In this document: positions 49,291-60,188 of the stretch, in pieces
How the letters are laid out: every line of letters begins with the position of its first letter
Position numbering within the stretch: the stretch's first letter is position 1
Source: Bdellovibrionales bacterium
GTDB lineage: Bacteria; Bdellovibrionota; Bdellovibrionia; Bdellovibrionales; UBA1609
Direction of reading: 5' to 3'
NCBI GenBank assembly: GCA_965261545.1
Contig: CBDHDF010000011.1
Span: 736,001-800,000 of the forward strand
Length of the DNA stretch: 64,000 nt
Notes under the pieces: generated by a model
Seen by the model: only the letters and a program-made list of their open reading frames with translations
Databases searched by the model: none
Told to the model about the DNA's origin: nothing
Position numbers and translations under genes: made by a program

Positions 49291-52200
49291 GGGACTGTAA
49301 AAATAATTGTGTAACTGCAATTTTTTTCTTAAATCTTAAAGCCACTTATGTGGCTCCACTCCTGGTAAAAAGCACAGTCCCATATTATTCGTCAATGTAT
49401 AATTGACATTTTTTCCTTCAAGCGATTTTGTCAGTCAGAATGCATTATAAGTTAATGGGGAGGTGGACATCTTCGCTGGTCTATATAATTGGCCTCTTTA
49501 GTTACTCTGGACTTTTGATTGTATTATGGAGCCGTAATGGGATCATATCAGAACTGGAAAGAACTCAAATAAATAATTATCATCTTGGTTGAAAAAAAAT
49601 CAGCAATGGCTCTCTCAAAAAAATGGAAATTCCAATCTCATCAAAGGGTTCATGTGTTTAGGTTCCCATACTATATTACCCCCTTTTTTTTATTTTTTTT
49701 AACTTAGGATATTCGAGAAATACCAGAATTGGGATGAAATATGAAAAAAAATGGGAACCCAAATCTGCACCAAGAGGGCATGTATTTAGGTTCCCATACT
49801 ATATTACCCTAACCATAGTCTCGGTATTCCAGTACTTCTGTCAACGCCTTAGAGGGGCTTTTAAGCCCCCTTATAAGGCAGGTGGTGGACCTTATTAAAA
49901 AACTTAGTTGTCAAAACGGTCACCGTATTCAATGGCAAACCTGTTCATGGCTGGCTTCCAGTTGTGTAATGGTCGTGTCCATCGCTTAGAGGCCATTTTT
50001 ATCGCTAAATATACAACTTTTAAAGCCGACCGATCACTGGGAAATATCTTACGATTTCTGATCGCCTTGCGGATCACGCTATTTAACGACTCTATGGCGT
50101 TTGTGGTATAAAAAATCTTTCTGATTTCATCCGGATAATCGAAAATAGTGATGAGATTGTCCCAATTCCTACGCCAAGACTTTTCAATATTCGGATACTT
50201 TGAAGACCACTTGGTACAAAATTCCTCAAGGGCCTTTTCAGCTTCTGTCAGAGTCGTAGAGCCATAAATGGACTTGAGGTCTTGGGCGACAGCTTTCATA
50301 TCCTTGGAAGGAACATAGCGAAGGGAATTGCGGACCATATGGACAATGCACAGTTGTACTTTAGACTTGGGAAAAGCCGCTGAAATGGCTTGAGGAAAAC
50401 CTGTAAGACCATCTACAGAAAATATAAATACGTCTTTCAACCCTCGATTTTGCAGCTCAGTCAAAACACTCAACCAAAACTTTGAACCCTCATTTTCAGA
50501 AATCCATAGGCCCAACAAGTCTTTCTGACCCTCCTCTGTAATACCAAGAGCTAGGTAAATCGCCTTATTAATAACTCTCTTGTCTTGATGGACCTTCACC
50601 ACGATACAGTCCAAAAATACGATAGGGTAAGTGCTATCCAAGGGGCGGTTCTGCCAAGCCGTAACTTCATCAATAACAGCATCCGTCACGTTGGCTATCA
50701 CTGAGTGGGATATCTCTGCACCATGGTAGAGGTCTTTGATAGCTCCTTGAATCAATGCCGTTTCCTTAAGCCACCACACCCCTCTGCCTCTGCGTTAAGC
50801 TATTTCTTTTAAAAGAACTCCCAGCCCTTTTGATAGACCTTTCATAGCTTCTTTTGAAGTGCCTCCTCTTCTCCATTGAAATCTTCATCAGCAACTTTAT
50901 CTGCTTCCTAAATTTCTGATAGAGCCCCGCAACAAAAAGGGGGATGCTATCCATTATGAAATCAAGAATCAGTTTAAAGTTAGGTTTTTTGTAGTCATTT
51001 TTTACCAACTGATTCACACTGTCTTCATCCTCATTTATGCTCATTTGAATCTTTGTATAATTGAAGAGCCAAAAATAAGAATACAGCTCTTGCAATATTC
51101 CATTAAGGCTTGTTGAGTGCCACTGCTCCATTTTCATTGTCGATGTAAAATCACGAAATGTCGTTTCTATTTCCCAACGACGAGAGTAAAGAGCAACCAT
51201 ATCCTTCTTGTCCAAGGAGCCATGCGGAAGATTAGTGGCCAAAACAGAGAACTCCCCAGTCTTTGGGTTTTTATACTTATAGAGATGAATGACCACCCCC
51301 TCAATAACCATTTGTGAATACCAACCTGGGCCATTAAATAAATTTACGATGGGGATAAAAGTAGAGCCTCGCTTACAACGCGCAATAAAGAAGTTACTGG
51401 CTTGAGCATGGGCCTTAATAATCTCTGTAGATAAATAAAGCCTATCGTAGAGAGTTATGCTATTACTCTCAAAACTACCTATCATTTGAATAGCATTGGC
51501 GATTTCGTTGAGAGCGGGAGAATAGCAAAGATTCTTTGTCACACCCGATAAAACGTCATAAGCATGAGATAGATACATACGTAAGAAATGAGTTTCCATC
51601 TCATTTGGGCAAGGGTACCCACAATAACCCTCCTTTAAAAGATCTTTAGAGCGAGGAAGTGCTAATTGGTCGCCATCTATGGCATAGATATAAAAACCAT
51701 GAAACGTTTTTCTCAATGGTTCGTAGTCTGTAATCAGAGATTCAAAGATATCTTTGAAAAATAGGTAAGAAATACTTTGACGTATCTTGCTGAGACTGCT
51801 TTTGACTGGCATGAGAAGCAGGTCACCAAAATGAGTCCATACCGTCTTAAGAGCGATTTGGTAGCCTTCGTAATTTGTTCCGGAAATAAGATAGATAATG
51901 GTAAAAAAGAAAATTTGAGGATTAAATTTTCGATTCCTTTTTTGTTTTTCTGGATCGACAAGGTGCTCTGGCTTGAAGGAAGAATCAAGTTTTGGTAGAA
52001 TAAAATGGTCATCTGTGACGCGAACTCGTCATTTGGGGGCTTTCGAGATCAATATTGGATTGCATGTGACTTACTCCTTGGTTGAGGGTTGGGTGTAAAA
52101 TAAAACAAGTCTTATTCTTGTCGATTTATCTAATGATTTCAAGAGATTTTTCTTAAGGAAACGGCATTGCTCCTTGAATATCCCTGGTCGTCATTCCCCT

Positions 52201-52606
52201 CGCATAGAGGGTCAGAATACTGTCTTCAAAGCCCTCAAGACGAGTCTTGCCTTTGGGAATGACTTGGGGCTCAAAGGAGGCACTTCGGTCACGGGGGACC
52301 TGAAGCTCCACCTCGCCTTTCTCTCCCTTTATGGTCTTTCTACTGTAACCATTGCGAGTGTTGGATTTGCGGGTCTCAGACTTCTCATGCCTCTCATAAC
52401 CTAGGTGATCGTCCATTTCCGCATTAAGAGCTGTCTCTAAAACAACCTTCATCAGTTGACCCGTTATGTCGGATAAATCCTTTTGGGTCTTGACGTTCTT
52501 CGCTAGTTCCTTGCCTATTGTCTTGATATCCATTTTGCCTTCTCCTTTCAGGATGATAGTTCATCCTAATATGATTCGGCAGTTACACAAAATAGTTTAC
52601 AGGCTC
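49291..52606 (-). mobile_element. IS256 element, copy 2; transposase (49904-52533) split by IS4 element A
   Basis: Ends GGGACTGTAAAAATAATTGTGTAAC / GTTACACAAAATAGTTTACAGGCTC; 1889 bp after removing the insert; flanks do not match. Confidence 0.93.
50753..52169 (-). mobile_element. IS4 element A, copy 3 (ORF 50766-51812)
   Basis: IRs as copy 1; TSD CTCCTTGAAT. Confidence 0.95.
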
Positions 52607-54238
52607 TCTATGCCATTTTTCTGGCAAGTCAGGAGAAAGCTTCGGTTTCTACAAAATGTCTTGGCTCCCATCAACGAACGAAAGCACCCAGATATTTTCT
52701 GCTGAACTTTGGTCATTCTCAGATCATTTTCTGCTATATTATTCGTAAATGGAACTATGGGGTCCTTCATAAATAGCAAGGTATCATCTTCAAAGTTTCT
52801 CAGTCGATCTAGTAAATTTCTAGATTTGGATTGTTTAACCTTTCCCTTCTTTTTTTTCTCTGTCCTCTCCATTAATGGAGATTCCTTTTCCCCTTCGAAG
52901 AGAATATTTCGATATTTCTCTTTGTAATATTCAATTCGGTCTTGTGAAAGGCATTGGTTCTGCGTATCGTGCACCTCTTTGTTTATTGTCTCTAAAAGAG
53001 ACTTCATTTCTTTTGCCCATTTTTGATCATCTTGCTCCCAAGCTCTTTGAAGCTCCCTTAAATGGTGCGCATTGCAAAGGGCATGAATGCAGGAAGTATA
53101 TGTATAATAAGGTTTCCAATGGTCATGACAAACAATCCCTGTGTATTTTGGAAGAATTCCCATGCGATCCATAGCCTCTGCGCCTCTTTTTTCGTCCACC
53201 TGATAGAGAACCACAGTATCATTGGACAAGAGGTGAAACCACAGCCTCTTCCCATTAACATTCACTCCAGTTTCGTCAGCATGAATCAAAGGTGAGTTCA
53301 GAAGAGTTTCCTTTGCCCACTCCTCAAAAGCTTCCAGAGCCTCAAAGGCAGATTTGTTAAAATTGTGTACCGTAGATCCAGCAAGCGATAGACCCCATTG
53401 ATTAAAGTAACTTGCGACTCGAAGATGAGGGATTAACTGAAACTGGGACATATAAACTGAGTGAGCTTTCACAGAAGGGCCATATTGAGTTGGGTTATTG
53501 ATTCCTTCTGGAAAACCTGCAACCCACTGATTCCCATCTTGGTCTTCGAGGATTTCTCCTTGATACTCCGTGACATGCACAGAAAGGTCTACCTCAAATA
53601 CTTGACGCTTTTCAACTCCAGAAGAAATGTAATCACCTGGAGGAAGTTCCTCTTTATTAATAGAAATGAACTCCACCTTGTCTGGAGTATCCACGGGTTT
53701 TAAAGTAGCTCCTTCGTGTCCGGGTTGTCCTCCTGGCTTCTTACCAGTTTCTTCCTTAGGTTTCTTTTTAGGGCCATTCGGATCTTGAGAAGGGGCAATA
53801 CTACTGTTTTGACTATTTAATTTTTTTTGATTTACTAGAATAGTGATGATTTTGATCAACAACTCAATGGCCACAATAAAAGCGGGAGAAAGGGACTTCT
53901 CTTTCTTAAGAAGCTTCCTGATTTTATTTATGGCTGAAGACACGTCAATATTTTCTATTTTCATACTTACCTTATGAAAATATTAACATGCCTTTTTTTC
54001 ATTAAAAAAAATGCACTAGGATTCGTTCTAAGAAGCAAAAGGAATGAGAAGTGCCCCCCGCGACCTATGTTTCACAATCTTTCAATACTATGGCTCTCAG
54101 AGAGTTTAAGGCATATGCAGGAACATATTCGATAAAGAACAAATGAAAGAGGTCGTTTGCTTCAAAAACTTGTCAAGAATTTTTATACTTTTTTTAAAAA
54201 AATTGTTCGAATTAATGCGGCACCCCCTGAATAGTTAC
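52607..54238 (-). mobile_element. IS66-family (ISBst12-like, single ORF) element, 3'-truncated by IS256; transposase starts at 53964
   Basis: NSQNSSIAPSQD, KPGGQPGH, HADETG, HDHW, LCNAHHLREL and TNNIAENDLR motifs; left end GTAACTATTCAG. Confidence 0.9.
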
Positions 54239-54239
54239 T

Positions 54240-54410
54240 TTTCTTGTAGACTTTGATCTTAAAGACCCCCAAATTAACGGTATTGACTTCATCAAGAAAA
54301 ACAAGCTCCAACACATTTCCTTACTTGTCACCAGCAACTACAGCGATCCCACCTTGATCAAAGAGTGCGAGCAAAGCCAAATCCGTATCCTACCCAAGGT
54401 TCTTGTTTAG
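54240..54410 (+). pseudogene. C-terminal receiver-domain fragment truncated by IS66
   Basis: Manual translation FLVDFDLKDPQINGIDFI...LLVTSNY...IRILPKVLV* shows the REC D, T/S and K pattern. Confidence 0.6.
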
Positions 54411-54845
54411 CTGCTTTCAAGTAGGTTTTCTATAGTTTTCTTCCTTTTGCTTGAAAGAGTATAGTTCCTTGCTTGTCATTATATTGAAAAATTTAAAAAA
54501 TTCGAGCGTAATTTTACTCCATCCATCTTAAGCACTGTGAGACAGGGTCACAACAGACATAGACTTAGGAATTAAAACTGGACTTCAAGGCTTAATTCTT
54601 GGTTTTGGCTTCGCCAGGTTAGGGATATATTTGTTAATCTTCAACCGGACCGATCATCAAGGTCTAGATTTATAAATCAAAGTTAAACATTAAACCATAG
54701 AGTAGTAAGATGATTTTTGGTAATTTAGTAAAACGCTCATGAATTTCCCATTTATATCGTCTTGCAATTTTGATACGATCGACCAGGGAATCTAAAGATG
54801 ATACCTATTTAAATGGTAGGTGGGGTTAAATTTCAAATCTTATAG

Positions 54846-57098
54846 GTGTTAAAACTTGTGCAATCAAAATCAAAGGGTGTAACTTACTACGCTCACACAT
54901 CTGAAACTGAAACCGGAGACTCTAATCCGGATAAATTGAGCTGGAACCTACTTGCTAAACACTTACGTAATGTGGGGATTAAGGCAGAAAAATTTGCAGA
55001 ACCTTTGCTCGCTAATGCGGCTAAACAAGCTGGATTGCTTCATGACTTAGGTAAGTATCGAATTCAATTTCAAGAATATTTAGAAGGTAAAATTCCAGGG
55101 TCAGAAAACACTCACCATGCAGTATATGGTGCCGCCTTGTGTTTTAAAAGAGGTTGGGTGGGGCCATCTTTTGCCATTGCTGGACACCATGCAGGCTTGC
55201 ATAATCGGAGTGATTTAAAGAAGTTGGTTTGTGGAAAAAAATACAGCGCCATGGATCAACTAAGTTCTTTGGAAGAGTTGTTTGAAACTGAATTGGAAAA
55301 GATACCCAGTGAACTAAATGAACCAGAATTTGCTAAAAAGGAAGACAAAGCTATTGCTGAATTCTATGTGCGCATGTTATTTTCTTGCTTAGTAGACGCA
55401 GACTTTTTAGATACGGAGCAGTTCAAAAATCGACGGGAACGATGTCCTTTGAAAATAGATTCTGAGTTAATGTTGAAAAGATTGCAAACGCATCATAGTA
55501 AGTTTGACTCTTCAAGAGAAATCAATCAGTTACGTAGTGGTATATTTCAAGACTGTTTAAGAAAGGCAGCAGAGCCAAGAGGATTTTTTTCCCTGACCGT
55601 ACCCACAGGGGGTGGCAAAACCTTCTCCAGTATGGCCTTTGCTGTAGAGCATGTACGGCGTCACAAAATGCAAAGAATCATAGTAGTGATACCTTACTTG
55701 TCAATTATAGAGCAAAATGCCTCTGAATATAGAAGAGTATTAGATCCAGAAAATAAAGGTATCGTTATTGAAGATCATTCGTCAGTGGGTTCCAAGGATG
55801 ACGAGGAAGAACAAGGACGAACTCTAGAGGAGATGGCAGCAGAAAATTGGGAAGCACCCATAATTGTCACTACTTCGGTACAATTTATCGAATCGCTCTT
55901 CTCGAATCGAACCTCAAAGTGTCGAAAGCTACACAATATTGCAAACTCTGTGGTGCTGTTGGATGAAGTACAGACGCTTCCTTCTCATTTGCTTGATCCG
56001 CTTCTACATGTGCTGCGAGATCTCAAGGAAAATTATCGCACGAGTTTTGTTTTATCTACTGCCACTCAGCCTTCTTTTAAATACAGTACGTCGTTAAAGA
56101 ATGGTTTTAAGGCAAGAGAGTTGCAAGAAATTGTTTCACAGCCTGACAAACTATTTCAAAGACTAAGACGAGTAACCTACGAAGTGAGGTCTGAAACAAA
56201 TGATTGGCCAGAGTTAGCCGAAGAGTGGGAGACCTGCCCTCAAGTCCTAGGGGTGGTCAACACTCGTAAGCAAGCAGTTGCATGGTGGGAGTTCTTGAGG
56301 AATCGTCACTTGAAAGGCATTTTCCATCTTTCTTCAGCTATGTGTGCTGATCACCGGACTGAGGTTCTAGGAAAGGTGAAACGGTGTTTGGAAAACAAAA
56401 AGTCTTGCAGACTAGTAGCTACACAGGTAATCGAAGCAGGGGTAGACATTGACTTTCCATTGGTTTATCGAGCTTTGGGGCCGCTAGATTCGATTGTACA
56501 AGCCGCTGGACGGTGCAATCGTGAAGGGCGGTTGAAAAAGGGGCGCATGATTGTTTTTAAACCAACAGATGCCAAATTGCCCAAGGGTGTGTATTCTGTA
56601 GCCACAAACATCACGGCACGATTGCTAAGCCAGCCGAAACATTTATCTACGGATGATTTATCTAGAGATCCGTCTCTGTTCAGCTGTTACTTTAACGAGT
56701 TGTTTCAATATGTACCAACAGATCATCAACATAGAAGAGAATCTTCCATTCAAGAGGATCGAGAGGCATTGCGTTTTCGTGACGTAGCTGGCAAGGCAAG
56801 AGTTATTACTGATGATACTCAACCTGTAATTGCTCCAAGGGTGAAGGCTTTAGAAGAAGTGAACAAAATACGAAAACGCCCCCAAGCAAGTAGTTCTCGC
56901 TTTACTCGTGGGGATTTACGCAACTTACAACGATTTATGGTGAACCTACATAGAAGAGACTTCCAGCAGCTAAATACAATGGAACTGCTTCACCCACTTT
57001 TGCCCGGTATGGAGCTATGTGTGTTAGATAAAGCAGCTTACCATGAATACCTTGGTGTAATTATTGACCAGCGACCAACTGAGGACTTCTTATTATGA
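54846..57098 (+). CDS. cas3: Cas3 HD nuclease-helicase
   Basis: YAH, LHDLGK, DADFLD, VPTGGGKT, DEVQ, ATQVIEAGVD and QAAGRCNR motifs. Confidence 0.96.
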   Translation: MLKLVQSKSKGVTYYAHTSETETGDSNPDKLSWNLLAKHLRNVGIKAEKFAEPLLANAAKQAGLLHDLGKYRIQFQEYLEGKIPGSENTHHAVYGAALCFKRGWVGPSFAIAGHHAGLHNRSDLKKLVCGKKYSAMDQLSSLEELFETELEKIPSELNEPEFAKKEDKAIAEFYVRMLFSCLVDADFLDTEQFKNRRERCPLKIDSELMLKRLQTHHSKFDSSREINQLRSGIFQDCLRKAAEPRGFFSLTVPTGGGKTFSSMAFAVEHVRRHKMQRIIVVIPYLSIIEQNASEYRRVLDPENKGIVIEDHSSVGSKDDEEEQGRTLEEMAAENWEAPIIVTTSVQFIESLFSNRTSKCRKLHNIANSVVLLDEVQTLPSHLLDPLLHVLRDLKENYRTSFVLSTATQPSFKYSTSLKNGFKARELQEIVSQPDKLFQRLRRVTYEVRSETNDWPELAEEWETCPQVLGVVNTRKQAVAWWEFLRNRHLKGIFHLSSAMCADHRTEVLGKVKRCLENKKSCRLVATQVIEAGVDIDFPLVYRALGPLDSIVQAAGRCNREGRLKKGRMIVFKPTDAKLPKGVYSVATNITARLLSQPKHLSTDDLSRDPSLFSCYFNELFQYVPTDHQHRRESSIQEDREALRFRDVAGKARVITDDTQPVIAPRVKALEEVNKIRKRPQASSSRFTRGDLRNLQRFMVNLHRRDFQQLNTMELLHPLLPGMELCVLDKAAYHEYLGVIIDQRPTEDFLL

Positions 57099-57850
57099 AA
57101 GACCACTATGCTATACACCTGAGAGTTTGGGGCGACTGGGCTTGCTTTACTCGCCCTGAAATGAAAGTCGAGCGTGTTAGTTATCCAGTTATGACACCTT
57201 CTGCCGCTCGGGGTATCTTGGAGGCCGTTTTCTGGGAACCACAAGTCTGTTATTACATTGATACTATCCGGGTGGTAAAACGTGGTCTTTGGACTTCAAT
57301 TCGGAGAAATGAAGTGCAAGCAGTCATCAGCATGAAAAATATTTGTCAATGGATGGTAAAGCCAGAGAATTCCTCACCAATTCAGGTAGAAAGCAATCGT
57401 ACTCAGCGCAACATGTTGGCACTGCAAGAGGTGGAGTACATCATTAGTGCTGAATTACATACCACGTCTTTAGCGAACCCCAAGAAAGACTCCTCATTAA
57501 AGTATTTTTCTGAGTTCAAGCGTCGTGCCCAGCAAGGCAAATGTTTTCACCGACCTGCCTTAGGTATGCGTGAATTTGCTGCGGATTTTGAATGGGTAAG
57601 TGATCCTAAGATAGCCTGGAAACAACGAGCCAATGAACTGAGCATAAATTGTCAACAGCCCGATGAAGACTTAGGCTTGATGCTCTATGATGTTTTTTCA
57701 CCGACAAATCGTATCCATGGTTTTCGTTGGGGCCAACACAATGAATTTATTGGTAAGCTAGTCAAACCTAAGCCTTATTTTTTTCACGCTAAAATTAAAG
57801 ACTCCACTTTGACTTGTCATCCTAATCAAATCGAAATACTTAACCAATGA
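57095..57850 (+). CDS. cas5c: Type I-C Cas5
   Basis: ACFTRPEMKVERVSYPVMTPSAARGILEA, LGMREF and DLGLMLYD motifs. Confidence 0.96.
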   Translation: MKDHYAIHLRVWGDWACFTRPEMKVERVSYPVMTPSAARGILEAVFWEPQVCYYIDTIRVVKRGLWTSIRRNEVQAVISMKNICQWMVKPENSSPIQVESNRTQRNMLALQEVEYIISAELHTTSLANPKKDSSLKYFSEFKRRAQQGKCFHRPALGMREFAADFEWVSDPKIAWKQRANELSINCQQPDEDLGLMLYDVFSPTNRIHGFRWGQHNEFIGKLVKPKPYFFHAKIKDSTLTCHPNQIEILNQ

Positions 57851-57860
57851 AGAGTTGCTA

Positions 57861-58299
57861 ATGCTATTAAAATATTTGAATGATTTTTCAATTTCTCGAA
57901 ATCTTCTTGATGACTTGGCTTTTACACGTAAGGAAGTGCGCTGGATCATTACTTTAGATGAGGCTGGAAACCTCATTGGAGAAGGACCAGTGGAAACTGA
58001 GGGAGGAAAGAACCAGGGTAAGGCATTCGAATGTCCAAGGATACTGGGCTCCAAAGTGGCCGGTGGTGTGGCTGAGTTCTTGGTAGATAGCATTACAGCC
58101 GTGTTTGCTTTAGACACAAACTTAGAAGAATTAGGAAAAAAAGAAGAGAAGAAGCGGGAGAAGCGGCAGGAAAACAATCGTAAGAAGTATGATAATTTCT
58201 GGGCACAGATTGAAAGAGCCCAGCAGCAAACTTTCAACTCATTACTAAAAAGCCTATTGACCTTCAAGTCCAAGATAGCAGGAAAAGAGCCATCCTTTT
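57861..58299 (+). pseudogene. cas8c: Cas8c/Csd1 N-terminal fragment truncated by IS256
   Basis: Lies after cas5c; WIITLDEAG and AEFLVD motifs; reads into the IS end at 58300. Confidence 0.82.
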
Positions 58300-60188
58300 G
58301 GGACTGTAAAAATAATTGTGTAACTGCAATTTTTTTCTTAAATCTTAAAGCCACTTATGTGGCTCCACTCCTGGTAAAAAGCACAGTCCCATATTATTCG
58401 TCAATGTATAATTGACATTTTTTCCTTCAAGCGATTTTGTCAGTCACAATGCATTATAAGTTAATGGGGAGGTGGACATCTTCGCTGGTCTATATAATTG
58501 GCCTCTTTAGTTACTCTGGACTTTTGATTGTATTATGGAGCCGTAATGGGATCATATCAGAACTGGAAAGAACTCAAATAAATAATTATCATCTTGGTTG
58601 AAAAAAAATCAGCAATGGCTCTCTCAAAAAAATGGAAATTCCAATCTCATCAAAGGGTTCATGTGTTTAGGTTCCCATACTATATTACCCCCTTTTTTTT
58701 ATTTTTTTTAACTTAGGATATTCGAGAAATACCAGAATTGGGATGAAATATGAAAAAAAATGGGAACCCAAATCTGCACCAAGAGGGCATGTATTTAGGT
58801 TCCCATACTATATTACCCTAACCATAGTCTCGGTATTCCAGTACTTCTGTCAACGCCTTAGAGGGGCTTTTAAGCCCCCTTATAAGGCAGGTGGTGGACC
58901 TTATTAAAAAACTTAGTTGTCAAAACGGTCACCGTATTCAATGGCAAACCTGTTCATGGCTGGCTTCCAGTTGTGTAATGGTCGTGTCCATCGCTTAGAG
59001 GCCATTTTTATCGCTAAATATACAACTTTTAAAGCCGACCGATCACTGGGAAATATCTTACGATTTCTGATCGCCTTGCGGATCACGCTATTTAACGACT
59101 CTATGGCGTTTGTGGTATAAAAAATCTTTCTGATTTCATCCGGATAATCGAAAATAGTGATGAGATTGTCCCAATTCCTACGCCAAGACTTTTCAATATT
59201 CGGATACTTTGAAGACCACTTGGTACAAAATTCCTCAAGGGCCTTTTCAGCTTCTGTCAGAGTCGTAGAGCCATAAATGGACTTGAGGTCTTGGGCGACA
59301 GCTTTCATATCCTTGGAAGGAACATAGCGAAGGGAATTGCGGACCATATGGACAATGCACAGTTGTACTTTAGACTTGGGAAAAGCCGCTGAAATGGCTT
59401 GAGGAAAACCTGTAAGACCATCTACAGAAAATATAAATACGTCTTTCAACCCTCGATTTTGCAGCTCAGTCAAAACACTCAACCAAAACTTTGAACCCTC
59501 ATTTTCAGAAATCCATAGGCCCAACAAGTCTTTCTGACCCTCCTCTGTAATACCAAGAGCTAGGTAAATCGCCTTATTAATAACTCTCTTGTCTTGATGG
59601 ACCTTCACCACGATACAGTCCAAAAATACGATAGGGTAAGTGCTATCCAAGGGGCGGTTCTGCCAAGCCGTAACTTCATCAATAACAGCATCCGTCACGT
59701 TGGCTATCACTGAGTGGGATATCTCTGCACCATGGTAGAGGTCTTTGATAGCTCCTTGAATATCCCTGGTCGTCATTCCCCTCGCATAGAGGGTCAGAAT
59801 ACTGTCTTCAAAGCCCTCAAGACGAGTCTTGCCTTTGGGAATGACTTGGGGCTCAAAGGAGGCACTTCGGTCACGGGGGACCTGAAGCTCCACCTCGCCT
59901 TTCTCTCCCTTTATGGTCTTTCTACTGTAACCATTGCGAGTGTTGGATTTGCGGGTCTCAGACTTCTCATGCCTCTCATAACCTAGGTGATCGTCCATTT
60001 CCGCATTAAGAGCTGTCTCTAAAACAACCTTCATCAGTTGACCCGTTATGTCGGATAAATCCTTTTGGGTCTTGACGTTCTTCGCTAGTTCCTTGCCTAT
60101 TGTCTTGATATCCATTTTGCCTTCTCCTTTCAGGATGATAGTTCATCCTAATATGATTCGGCAGTTACACAAAATAGTTTACAGGCTC
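58300..60188 (-). mobile_element. IS256 element, copy 3 (1889 bp, intact), with an adjacent deletion
   Basis: Both IRs present; flanks ATCCTTTT versus TGGATGTG join cas8c to mid-cas7. Confidence 0.94.
58913..60115 (-). CDS. IS256 (Mutator-type) transposase
   Basis: RNGY, VPRDR, FLD, DGL.G, QLCIVH and TTNAIESLN motifs. Confidence 0.96.
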   Translation of the reverse strand: MDIKTIGKELAKNVKTQKDLSDITGQLMKVVLETALNAEMDDHLGYERHEKSETRKSNTRNGYSRKTIKGEKGEVELQVPRDRSASFEPQVIPKGKTRLEGFEDSILTLYARGMTTRDIQGAIKDLYHGAEISHSVIANVTDAVIDEVTAWQNRPLDSTYPIVFLDCIVVKVHQDKRVINKAIYLALGITEEGQKDLLGLWISENEGSKFWLSVLTELQNRGLKDVFIFSVDGLTGFPQAISAAFPKSKVQLCIVHMVRNSLRYVPSKDMKAVAQDLKSIYGSTTLTEAEKALEEFCTKWSSKYPNIEKSWRRNWDNLITIFDYPDEIRKIFYTTNAIESLNSVIRKAIRNRKIFPSDRSALKVVYLAIKMASKRWTRPLHNWKPAMNRFAIEYGDRFDN

